Assembly: GCA_029548565.1 (NCBI GenBank)
Contig: JAKPNF010000079.1
Span: 2,101-66,100 of the forward strand
Source of the DNA: Verrucomicrobiota bacterium
Lineage (GTDB): Bacteria > Verrucomicrobiota > Verrucomicrobiia > Opitutales > JAKPNF01
Direction: 5' to 3'
Length of the DNA: 64,000 nt
The translations under genes were made by a program, and so were the position numbers. Under the pieces are notes generated by a model, which saw nothing but the letters and a program-made list of their open reading frames with translations, searched no databases and was not told the origin of the DNA. This document shows, piece by piece, positions 44,407 to 53,078 of the stretch (positions are counted from its first letter, which is position 1; every line of letters starts with the position of its first letter).

Positions 44407-45993
44407 TTAATTTTTCGGCCGCAGCCCGCGCAGCGAGAGCAATTCGCGCGCGACCTGGCGGTCGTCAAAGGGAATGATAGTGTCGGAAAATTCTTGAAAG
44501 CTCTCGTGGCCTTTGCCCGCAATCAACAACGTATCGCCCTCGCGCGCGTTTTCCAAGGCGGCGGCAATGGCTTCGCGCCGGTCGTCGATCCAGCGGATTT
44601 TTTCTGGCGCGGCAACACCTGCTTTCATGTCGTCAAAAATTTGGGAGAGCGCTTCCTTGCGCGGGTTGTCTGCGGTGGCCCAGGCCATATCCGCCCAGCG
44701 CTGCACGGCACCGACCATCAGCGGGCGCTTGCGGCGGTCGCGGTTTCCGCCGCAACCAAAGACGACCAGCAGCCGCCCCTGCGTGATCTCGCGCAGCATT
44801 TTTAACGCGTTGTCCAGCGCGTCGTCCGTGTGCGCGTAATCGACAAACACGCTGAAGGGCTGCCCTTGGTCGACACGTTCCATGCGCCCGGGCACGCCGG
44901 GGAAACGCTCGAGCGCGCCGATCGCCTTTTGCACATCCAACCCGCCCGCGTAAAGCATTCCGAGCGCCGTCAAAATATTGTGCACATTGTAAAGCCCGGG
45001 CAACGCCGTGCGCACGCGCGCCCTGCCCTGCGGCCAGATACAATCAAACTCGCTGCCCTGCGCGCTGAGCGTGATGTTCTCGGCGCGCACTTGCGCGTCG
45101 GCATTCGTGCCAAAGGTAATAACCTGTGTGTCTTGCGACAGTCGCCCGATCAAAATTTTTCCGTGCGCGTCGTCACTATTAATAACCGCTTTCTCGGGCG
45201 CGCGGCCGCTCTTGCCCGTGAACAGGCCGACCTTCGTCTCAAAATATTCTTCCAGCGTGCCGTGGTAGTCGAGATGGTCTTGCGACAAATTTGTAAACGC
45301 GGCCACTTTGACGGGTAACCCGTAAATACGATCCTGGTCGATCGCGTGCGAGCTGATTTCCATAACGGCCGCCTTGCACCCGGCCTCGCGCATCTGCTCG
45401 AACATCGCGTACAGTTCCACGGATTCCGGCGTCGTGCGGTAGGCTGGCAGCGTGCGTTTGCCAAGGTCATAGCTAACAGTGCCGATCAGCCCGGCTGGCA
45501 TGCCGTCCGCGCGCAAAAAATATTGCAACAAGGTGGCGACCGTCGTCTTCCCGTTGGTGCCGGTGACGCCGAAAATGTCCAAGTGCGACTCGGGGTGCCT
45601 GTAAAAACGCTGTGAGATTTCCGCCAGCGCGCGGCGCGTGTGCGGCACCTGCACCCAGGTGACTTGCGAGACGCCCGAAGGCCGCGCCGCCTGCGAGACG
45701 ATCGCCACCGCGCCACGACTTGCGGCCTCGACGACATATTTCATGCCGCTGGTTTGGTGACCGTCGATCGCGAAAAAAACCGCGCCCGGCACCACGCGGC
45801 GGCTGTCGGTGATCAGGCAAGTGACGGGCAGTTCCGTCTTGCCCTTTATGCCGGGCGTCTCAAGCCCGTCAATCAATTCACCGAGCCGTTGCGCCGTGAC
45901 GGAGCCGCCGCCCTGCGCGACGGCTCCCATACGCCGTGCCATTAGAAATGGGTTGATGCAAATCGTATTTTGTAAATTTGAAAAGCCGATCAT
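44407..45993 (-). CDS. murE: UDP-MurNAc-L-Ala-D-Glu--2,6-diaminopimelate ligase
   Basis: P-loop GVTGTNGKTT, and DYAHTDDAL and DNPR motifs. The start at 45993 is chosen for its ATGA overlap with the ftsI stop. Met at 45942, 45930 and 46008 are alternatives. Confidence 0.85.
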   Translation of the reverse strand: MIGFSNLQNTICINPFLMARRMGAVAQGGGSVTAQRLGELIDGLETPGIKGKTELPVTCLITDSRRVVPGAVFFAIDGHQTSGMKYVVEAASRGAVAIVSQAARPSGVSQVTWVQVPHTRRALAEISQRFYRHPESHLDIFGVTGTNGKTTVATLLQYFLRADGMPAGLIGTVSYDLGKRTLPAYRTTPESVELYAMFEQMREAGCKAAVMEISSHAIDQDRIYGLPVKVAAFTNLSQDHLDYHGTLEEYFETKVGLFTGKSGRAPEKAVINSDDAHGKILIGRLSQDTQVITFGTNADAQVRAENITLSAQGSEFDCIWPQGRARVRTALPGLYNVHNILTALGMLYAGGLDVQKAIGALERFPGVPGRMERVDQGQPFSVFVDYAHTDDALDNALKMLREITQGRLLVVFGCGGNRDRRKRPLMVGAVQRWADMAWATADNPRKEALSQIFDDMKAGVAAPEKIRWIDDRREAIAAALENAREGDTLLIAGKGHESFQEFSDTIIPFDDRQVARELLSLRGLRPKN

Positions 45994-47792
45994 GGCCGCT
46001 GCTCCCACGCCAAAAGGTTGCGGTATTCATCCAGCGGCTGAATGCCCAGGTAACGCACGGACTGCATGGCCACGCTTTGGAAAATCGGCGCGCTGATCAG
46101 CCCGCCGTAAGCCACGCCCGGGCCTTGCGCCTCGTCGACAACCACGGAGATGACCAAACGCGGGTTGTCCGCCGGAAGAAAACCGACAAACGACGCCACG
46201 TGATGCCTGCTGGAATATTGCCCGTTGATAATTTTTTGCGAGGTGCCCGTCTTGCCCGCCACCAGATAACCCTCCAGCGAGGCGCGCCGCGCCGTGCCGC
46301 CGGGAGCCACCACGTTGACCAGCATTTTGGAAACCTCCCGCGCCACCGCCTTGGAGACAGCGCGGTTGCGCGCGCGCGGCTCGTAATTAAAGAGCGTCTT
46401 GCCGTCGGCATCGTACACGCGCTTGATCAATTGCGGGGTCATGAGCACGCCGTCGTTGGCGATCGCGCTCATGGCGTAGTGCACCTGCAAGGGCGTGGCG
46501 CTGACGGCGTGGCCCATCGGCAAACGCGTGATCGTCAGGCCGTCCCATTTTTTCACGGGGTGCAGCACGCCGGGGGATTCCACGGCGCTGCCCAATCCCG
46601 CCCTTGTCCCAAAGCCAAACGCCCGCGCGTAATCGTACAGGCGCTGCTCGCCCAAGAGCATGCCCAAGTGCGCGCTGCCGCGGTTGGAAGACTGCGAGAC
46701 TATCTCGCTGACTTGCAACACGCCCATCGAGTGCGCCTCGGCGGGCAGCCTCAAGGTGCGCCCTTTGTACTCGACACTTGTCAACGCGCAGTTAAAGCGG
46801 TCGGTGGGCGTGACGATCTGCTCGTTCAACGCGCCGGAGGCCGCGACGATTTTAAAGGTAGAGCCAGGCTCGAACACGTCCGTCACCGCGCGGTTTTTGA
46901 GCGCGTCGACCGGATAGTCGCCGTAGCGGTTGGGGTCGAAACTCGGGTAGTTGGCCATCGCCAAAATGTAGCCGGTCCGGGGGTCGCTGATGATGATGCT
47001 GGCGCCCTTGGGCGCGTGTTTTTCCACCACGCGCATCAGTTCGCTTTGCGCGATGTCCTGCAAGGCCGCGTCGATCGTCAGCTCCACGTTCAATCCGCCG
47101 CTGGCGGGCACCTCGCGTGAGCGGAACTGCGCCAGCTCGCGGCGTTTGCCGTCGCGCTCGCTCACGCGCCAGCCGTCCTGCCCGCGCAGATAAAAGTCCA
47201 TGAAGCGCTCCACGCCCATCTGGCTGTCGCCCTCCTTGTTCAAAAAACCGATCACGTGCGCGGCCAGGCTCTCGCTGGGGTACACGCGCTCGAATTTGCG
47301 GTTGCCGTAAACGCCGCGGATGCCGAGGGCCATCACCTTGTCGTAAGTCGGCTCGTCGATTTTTTCGGCCAGCTTGCGCCAGCGGATTTTTTTCTCCGGA
47401 TCGCCGTCGCGGAATTTCTCGGTGAGCATCGCGCGCACGGTCTTTTCCTCCTGACCAATCAGGCGCGCAAGTTCGGGCACTTTATCCGGGTTGGGCGTGC
47501 CGTCTTTTTTGCAGCCGACGCCCAGATCGCTGGGGCGCACGCTGTCGGGATCCACGCCCAGTTCCATCACCGTGCGGGTCGTGGCCAAGAGTTGGCCGCG
47601 GCTGTCGGTGATGTTGCCGCGGCGCGCGTCGAGCGTCTCAAAGCGAACGCGCGTGCGCTCGACCGTACGCACGGCCTGGTCGGCCGCCGTCACGTGCAGG
47701 AAAATCAAACGCCCGATCAGACACAAAAAGAACACCCCGACGGCGGTGACCGTCAGCATGTACCGTTTTGTGCTGATCAAGGCGCATTTCAT
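45990..47792 (-). CDS. ftsI: Division-specific class B penicillin-binding protein (PBP3)
   Basis: N-terminal TM, then the transpeptidase motifs STFK, SSN and KTGT. Confidence 0.9.
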   Translation of the reverse strand: MKCALISTKRYMLTVTAVGVFFLCLIGRLIFLHVTAADQAVRTVERTRVRFETLDARRGNITDSRGQLLATTRTVMELGVDPDSVRPSDLGVGCKKDGTPNPDKVPELARLIGQEEKTVRAMLTEKFRDGDPEKKIRWRKLAEKIDEPTYDKVMALGIRGVYGNRKFERVYPSESLAAHVIGFLNKEGDSQMGVERFMDFYLRGQDGWRVSERDGKRRELAQFRSREVPASGGLNVELTIDAALQDIAQSELMRVVEKHAPKGASIIISDPRTGYILAMANYPSFDPNRYGDYPVDALKNRAVTDVFEPGSTFKIVAASGALNEQIVTPTDRFNCALTSVEYKGRTLRLPAEAHSMGVLQVSEIVSQSSNRGSAHLGMLLGEQRLYDYARAFGFGTRAGLGSAVESPGVLHPVKKWDGLTITRLPMGHAVSATPLQVHYAMSAIANDGVLMTPQLIKRVYDADGKTLFNYEPRARNRAVSKAVAREVSKMLVNVVAPGGTARRASLEGYLVAGKTGTSQKIINGQYSSRHHVASFVGFLPADNPRLVISVVVDEAQGPGVAYGGLISAPIFQSVAMQSVRYLGIQPLDEYRNLLAWEQRP

Positions 47793-48241
47793 TGATGCAA
47801 GGGCCTATGCTGGTCCGCGTGCGCGGGCATAGGCACGGTTGTGTTTGTGGTTGGGTTGTAGGCAATCTCGATCGACAATTCGATCGGCTGATAATTGAAC
47901 TCGGCGCGCGTGCGCAACACCTGCGCGGGTGCGACGTAAACAAACTGGCGGTTGCCCGGCACCAGCAAATTCGCGGCGCTGCGGCGTTTGAGCGCCTCGG
48001 GCTGCTGCTCCTGCGCGATGCGCGCCTGCAGGTGCGCGTCGATGCGCCTGGCCTCGGCCAGCTCGCGCTCGAACCCCTTGAGCGTCTGCGCGCTGCGGGC
48101 GACTTCCTGCCGCATCCACACCAGCGTGAACGCCCCGCCGCCCACGACGCAAAAGAGCAAGACGGCCACGGCGAGGCAGGCCAGCTTCCATAAATAAAGC
48201 GGGTTGGATTTACGTACTCGGATAGTGTTGGGAGTGTTCAT
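47789..48241 (-). CDS. ftsL: FtsL-like bitopic division protein
   Basis: 150 aa. TM LWKLACLAVAVLLFCVVGGGAFTLVW followed by a coiled-coil-like segment. Sits between rsmH and ftsI with ATGA overlaps at both ends. Confidence 0.7.
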   Translation of the reverse strand: MNTPNTIRVRKSNPLYLWKLACLAVAVLLFCVVGGGAFTLVWMRQEVARSAQTLKGFERELAEARRIDAHLQARIAQEQQPEALKRRSAANLLVPGNRQFVYVAPAQVLRTRAEFNYQPIELSIEIAYNPTTNTTVPMPAHADQHRPLHQ

Positions 48242-49176
48242 GCGGCCTCCTTGAGTTTGCGCAACGCGCGCAGCTTGGCGCTGCGGCTGCGGGGGTTTTC
48301 CAAAATTTCGGTTTCGTCGGCGGTCAAAGGCTTGCGGCTGACAAGTTCGGCATAGGCCACGCGCTCTTGCTGCGGCGTGGAATCGCGCAGGGACTCGGGA
48401 CGCCCGGCCATGCGGTTGAAAAAGCGCTTCACGATGCGGTCTTCCAGCGAATGAAAAGTGATCACGGCCAGCACCCCGCCTTGCTGCAGGCGCTTGAACG
48501 CCTTGGGCAGCGCTTCCTCCACGGCGGACAGCTCCGCGTTGACGGCGATGCGCAGCCCTTGAAACACGCGCGTTGCCGGGTGGATGCGGCTCTTGCCGTA
48601 GTGCGGGCCGTTGGCGCCGGCAATCAATTCGGCCAACGAAAGCGTGCGGGCGAGTTTGCCCGTGCCGCGCGCGTTTTCGATCGCGGCGACGACCTTTTTC
48701 CATTTGTGCTCCTCGCCGAAATCGCGCACGGCTTGCACCAGCTCGTCATGCGAGGCCGTTTCCAGAAATTCGGCGGCGCTCATCCCCACACGCGGGTCGA
48801 GCCGCATGTCGGCCGGCGCGTCGGCGCGGAAGGAAAACCCGCGATCCCCCTCGTCCAGTTGGAACGAGGAAACACCCAGATCGAACAAAATCCCGTCGTA
48901 GCGTTTCTCAAGCGGCGGCACCGCGTCCAGAAAACGAAAATCGGTGTCAAAGAAACGAAAGCGTCCGCCAAAATTTTTAGAGACTTCCTGCGCGCGCGCG
49001 GCCGCTTGCGGGTCGCGGTCAAGCGCGTCCACACTCGTGCCTTGCGCGGCCTCCAGCAAGGCGCGCGTGTGCCCGCCGCCGCCGAACGTCGCGTCCAAAA
49101 AAGACGCACGACCGCCCCCTAACAACAGGGCGGTCGCCGTGCGCAACAGTACGGGAATATGTCCCTCAGGGTTCAT
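48238..49176 (-). CDS. rsmH: 16S rRNA (cytosine1402-N4)-methyltransferase
   Basis: HIPVLL, LDATFGGGGH, FDLGVSSFQLD and FHSLEDRIVK. Start at Met 49176; the ORF extension to 49785 has no RsmH similarity. Confidence 0.9.
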   Translation of the reverse strand: MNPEGHIPVLLRTATALLLGGGRASFLDATFGGGGHTRALLEAAQGTSVDALDRDPQAAARAQEVSKNFGGRFRFFDTDFRFLDAVPPLEKRYDGILFDLGVSSFQLDEGDRGFSFRADAPADMRLDPRVGMSAAEFLETASHDELVQAVRDFGEEHKWKKVVAAIENARGTGKLARTLSLAELIAGANGPHYGKSRIHPATRVFQGLRIAVNAELSAVEEALPKAFKRLQQGGVLAVITFHSLEDRIVKRFFNRMAGRPESLRDSTPQQERVAYAELVSRKPLTADETEILENPRSRSAKLRALRKLKEAA

Positions 49177-49406
49177 TTTGCGAATGGAAAAAAAGACGGC
49201 GGCGGAGCGTTGTGCCCTTCCAGACGAAAGGCGTGAAAGGCGGGCAGCTCCAAAACATCGTGAAAGCAACGGGCGTGTTCCTCGCTGTTTTCGCGCCCGG
49301 CCAGACGCGAGACAAAATTCCCCGCCCCCTGCGGGAAGTTGCTCTTGCGGCTTTTGCGTGCTCTGGATGTTTTTTGCATGGTGAAAAAATTGCGGAAGAA
49401 GAATTA

Positions 49407-49871
49407 TTACAGTCCCAAATCCTTCAAAGTGGCCGTCAGCGCGGCCGCGTCCTGTTCGGCCTTGCCCTGACGTTCGTAACGTTCGGTGCTCCAAATGACG
49501 AAATTGTTGACCAGCCCCACCAGCACCGCATCTTTCTTGATGCCGGTGTGCTTGATGAGTTTGTCGGACAGCCCGATGCGCCCCTGCTTGTCGGGGCCAA
49601 ATTGCTCGCCCTGCGAAAAAATCTGCTGGATGACGCGCAACTGCTGCGGATTGCCCAGCAAGCCCACCTGCGCGATTTTTTCCTTCAAACGCGCCACCTG
49701 CGCGGGCGAATAGACGATGACAGACCCGTCGGCATTGGGCAGCGCCAGGTAAGTGGCGTCGCCCTCGTCGCCCTTGAAGCGCCATTTCGAAGGCACGGTC
49801 AAGCGCCCCTTCGCATCAAGCGAATGCTGGTATTGGCCGACGTACAGGCTGCTATGTTGGACGGGATCCAT
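49407..49871 (-). CDS. mraZ: Transcriptional regulator MraZ
   Basis: Two SpoVT/AbrB-like halves: LDAKGRLTVPSKWR and DKQGRIGLSDKL. First gene of the dcw cluster. Start at Met 49871. Confidence 0.9.
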   Translation of the reverse strand: MDPVQHSSLYVGQYQHSLDAKGRLTVPSKWRFKGDEGDATYLALPNADGSVIVYSPAQVARLKEKIAQVGLLGNPQQLRVIQQIFSQGEQFGPDKQGRIGLSDKLIKHTGIKKDAVLVGLVNNFVIWSTERYERQGKAEQDAAALTATLKDLGL

Positions 49872-49896
49872 TGAGGTCGTTTCAAGAGGCCTATCG

Positions 49897-49939
49897 CCCC
49901 CTTTTGACCCATTTTCACCCACCTCGCCCCACCTGTCAA
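49897..49939 (-). promoter_or_regulatory. Candidate Pmra promoter overlapped by a 10-nt-periodic TGGG (MraZ-box-like) array
   Basis: The minus strand reads TTGACA-ggTGGGGcgaggTGGGtgaaaaTGGGtcaaaagGGGG. TTGACA is at 49939..49934 and GAAAAT sits 17 nt downstream at 49916..49911. TGGG recurs every 10 nt, 3-4 times, ending about 25 nt before the mraZ ATG. Confidence 0.6.
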
Positions 49940-50165
49940 GCATTTCTGCCCATAAAATCACACAATTTTTTTCACAAAATTATTCACAAATTTTCCGGCA
50001 ATAAACGGCTACGGCACGACGAAAAAGGATTTTAAAAGGTTTTTATCTGCCGCGAGCGGAAAAAATAGGACAAAAAAAAGCGCCGCGTACTATACGCGAT
50101 GCCTTTTTCTGGTTGAAAAATTTTCTGCTTTTTAAAACTGATTCGAAATGGATGTTTGCTCCTTG

Positions 50166-51311
50166 TTATTTTTTCTCGCCAGACAACCTCACGCCGCCGT
50201 TGCCGGGGGTTGATTCCAGACGCAACTCCTGAGCGCCGTCGCGCTCTATAATCTCGTAGGAAAAATCTTTTCCCGCTTCACCTATAAACTCTAATGTACC
50301 TCGCACCTCTATGCGGTTGGCGCGCACAACAGAAAATTTTCGGCCGCGCGGCGGCTTGTAGCGGTCGGGCAAATTGACGGCTATTTTCGCGCCGCTCTCA
50401 AAGACGACCGTGCCCGTGGCGCCGTTTTTGCCCGTCATGATGAGGCGGTCGAATTTTGTCTCGCCCGCTATGTCCACCGAAAGGATGCCCAGAGCCTTTT
50501 GCGTGTAGGTGGCGCTGTTTGCCCCGTCGAGCATGGTCGTGCCGATAACGCCCTCGCCGCCGGGGCTTAGGCGCCCGCCGTTGTTCACGAGGTCTTCGGA
50601 CAGTTTGCGCGTGTTGAGCACCCCGCCCGTCCAGTTGAACTGCCCCTTACCCACGCCGGTGACAATGCCGCAACCAGACGCACCCGAAACCGACAAAACG
50701 CGCTCGCTCGTTATGTTGATCGTGCCGCCGGAAAAATTATAAATCCCCGTGACCACGGTCGAGTTGGAGAGGGAGAAAGGCCCTGTTAGGCACAGTGCGA
50801 AATCGGTGATGGACAGCGTGCCTGCGGTGTGGTTGAAAACGCCCGTGCCGCTGTCGGAGAACATCAATCCGGCCAGCATCATGACCGAGTTGATGGTCAA
50901 GGAGCCGCCGTTTAAATTAAACGTGCCCGTGCGCTTGGGTCCGCGCTGGCCGTAAAAGGTCGTCAGTTCCATAGCACCGCCCGGGTTCCACCACGTGGCG
51001 GTGCCGTTGCCGTTGTGCGCCCAGCCGACGAGTTTCACCGGTCTGGAAATCGTGACCGTGACATTATCCCTGCCGAGCACACCGGCCTCGTTTTCCTTCG
51101 GCGCGTTGGACTTGGAAGGCTTTTGTTTGGCCGGTTGGTCTTTGGGGTCGCGGTAGACCTTTTCCCAAATGGCGTCTTCAAAATTGCCCGAGAGCACCGC
51201 CTGGCGCAAATCCGCCGGGCCGCTATAGCCCACGGGCTTGGACGGTTTCGCCGCCCAGAGCGCGGGCATTATTAAAAAACCTGTCAGTAAAAAAATGCAG
51301 CTTTTTTTCAT
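50166..51311 (-). CDS. Secreted beta-helix-like repeat protein (F/Y-N-x2-G-G-x-L type repeats)
   Basis: Signal peptide MKKSCIFLLTGFLIMPALWA. Repeats: GTFNLNGGSLTIN, GVFNHTAGTLSIT, GIYNFSGGTINIT, GQFNWTGGVLNT. Confidence 0.7.
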   Translation of the reverse strand: MKKSCIFLLTGFLIMPALWAAKPSKPVGYSGPADLRQAVLSGNFEDAIWEKVYRDPKDQPAKQKPSKSNAPKENEAGVLGRDNVTVTISRPVKLVGWAHNGNGTATWWNPGGAMELTTFYGQRGPKRTGTFNLNGGSLTINSVMMLAGLMFSDSGTGVFNHTAGTLSITDFALCLTGPFSLSNSTVVTGIYNFSGGTINITSERVLSVSGASGCGIVTGVGKGQFNWTGGVLNTRKLSEDLVNNGGRLSPGGEGVIGTTMLDGANSATYTQKALGILSVDIAGETKFDRLIMTGKNGATGTVVFESGAKIAVNLPDRYKPPRGRKFSVVRANRIEVRGTLEFIGEAGKDFSYEIIERDGAQELRLESTPGNGGVRLSGEKK

Positions 51312-51336
51312 GGATAAAAAAACAGTGGTTGAAAAA

Positions 51337-53052
51337 TCATTCGCCCGCAGGCAGCGCGATATCGAGGTAAAAAAGCCTCACGGCACCGCCTTTTTTCATC
51401 GTCACGGCGATTTTGTTTTCCCCGTCCTTGACCAACGCGGCGGGCAAAATAAAGGCTTTGTAATTATCCGGCGCGCCCACGCCCGTGTCATAAGGGTTGG
51501 GATAAGGTTCCGAAACATCGTCGGTCTGCTCAAGCTTGACGCCGTTGAACGACACACTCCATTGGCTGCCCTTGAGCGACTCCATGCTCTGGATGCGCAG
51601 GCGGCCGTCCTTGTGCCAACCGCCTGTGGGCGGCGCCATGTCCAGCAGCATTGTTTGCGTCACCCCCGGTTTGAACAACTGGTGAAACGGCCGGCTTTTG
51701 ACCAGCGGCGTGTTGAGGTAGCCCAGAAAATAATACTGGTTTTCTCCCGCCACAAATTCCTTGTCGCGCAGTTTTTTGAACAGGTGATACGGCGGCTCGT
51801 GCGGCGTGCCGTACACGTCTCCGGGATAGCGCGTGCCGCGGTAGTATTGGAAGTTGAAAAAACTAAGGCCGTCCACGCCGCGCGCGTACGCCATGTGGGC
51901 GCTGGTGATGAGCGCCTGGTCGCTCGTGCGGCGCAAGACCCAGAGTGTCTTGGCGTCGGCGGGGATGTCGCGCGCGTCGTAAAAAAGCGTCACCGAACCG
52001 TCCGGCTCGCGCGCGAACGGGATTTTTCTATTTTGCCGCGCGTTGACGTAATGCAGCTCCGTGTAAACCGCGACATTCTCGGGAAGCATTTTTTTAATCT
52101 TCGCCGCCTCGTTTTGCATGTCCGAGTGGTAGTGCCCGCTGATGTTGAACATATCCACGCCCGCCTCCTTCGCCAGACGCACAGGGTCAATGCCGATCGC
52201 GTCCATCATTTCCAGATAGGCGGGAATGCGCACGCACAAATAACGGCGCTGCCCGGGCTTGGCGTGCGCGTCCAATGCGGCGCGCACCTCCTTGACCAGT
52301 TGCGTCATGATGTCGGCGCGCTGCTTGGATGTGCTGCGTTCGGGGTGGAAGTAAAACCAAAAGCGCATGAAGTCCAGTTCGATGCCGTCGACGTCCTTTT
52401 GCGCGAGTTCTTTTATAAACTGCAAACGGTATTCGCGCACTTGCGGGTGAATGAACTCCATCGAGTAGCGGTGGTTGCTCGGCTCATGGGTTCCGGCGGG
52501 CACGTCGCCTATGAGAAACTGCGGGTTTTCGTCGTAGAACTGCGTGATCGCCATCGCCGTGGCGCGCTCAACCGGATCTTTTATCCGCGCCGCGCCAAAG
52601 GCGTGGTGCCCGTCGTTCATGCGGTAAGTGACGAAGACCGTCTGCTTTTTCTTGCGCGCCTCGTCGGTGACAGTGTCGATCAAATCCCCGCCTTGCAGCA
52701 CGAATGTTTGAAACGGCGTGGGCGGCTTGCCCGTGCGTTTTGTGCGCCAGGCGGTATGCTGCTGCATCGGCAGCGCCGTGCTTTTCCACCACGGTTCCCA
52801 ACCCATGCCCGAGGCCATCATCAACACGTCCACACCCCCGCAATCCGCCGTCTCGTCGACGTTGGCGCGGATTTTTTCCTCGGTGAAGGAATAATCCTTG
52901 CCGACGTTGTACCAGGTCGGGCAGTTGATGATGTTGGTCGTGTCGTTGTTGTAGATGATGACAAAGGGCGGCTTGGATTTGCCCTCGGCGGCCGACAACG
53001 GCAGCGCAGGAATGAACACGAACAACGCAATGAGTGTGATTATTTTTTTCAT
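51337..53052 (-). CDS. Secreted GH-like TIM-barrel protein (paralogue family A)
   Basis: Signal peptide. PPFVIIYNNDTTNIINC, GVDVLMMASGMGWEPWW, VDGIELDFMRFW, GVDGLSFFNFQYYR. C-terminal domain GRLRIQSMESL...KDGENKIAVT. Confidence 0.8.
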   Translation of the reverse strand: MKKIITLIALFVFIPALPLSAAEGKSKPPFVIIYNNDTTNIINCPTWYNVGKDYSFTEEKIRANVDETADCGGVDVLMMASGMGWEPWWKSTALPMQQHTAWRTKRTGKPPTPFQTFVLQGGDLIDTVTDEARKKKQTVFVTYRMNDGHHAFGAARIKDPVERATAMAITQFYDENPQFLIGDVPAGTHEPSNHRYSMEFIHPQVREYRLQFIKELAQKDVDGIELDFMRFWFYFHPERSTSKQRADIMTQLVKEVRAALDAHAKPGQRRYLCVRIPAYLEMMDAIGIDPVRLAKEAGVDMFNISGHYHSDMQNEAAKIKKMLPENVAVYTELHYVNARQNRKIPFAREPDGSVTLFYDARDIPADAKTLWVLRRTSDQALITSAHMAYARGVDGLSFFNFQYYRGTRYPGDVYGTPHEPPYHLFKKLRDKEFVAGENQYYFLGYLNTPLVKSRPFHQLFKPGVTQTMLLDMAPPTGGWHKDGRLRIQSMESLKGSQWSVSFNGVKLEQTDDVSEPYPNPYDTGVGAPDNYKAFILPAALVKDGENKIAVTMKKGGAVRLFYLDIALPAGE

Positions 53053-53078
53053 GGAAAGTGTTTTATAGGAGAGTAATT

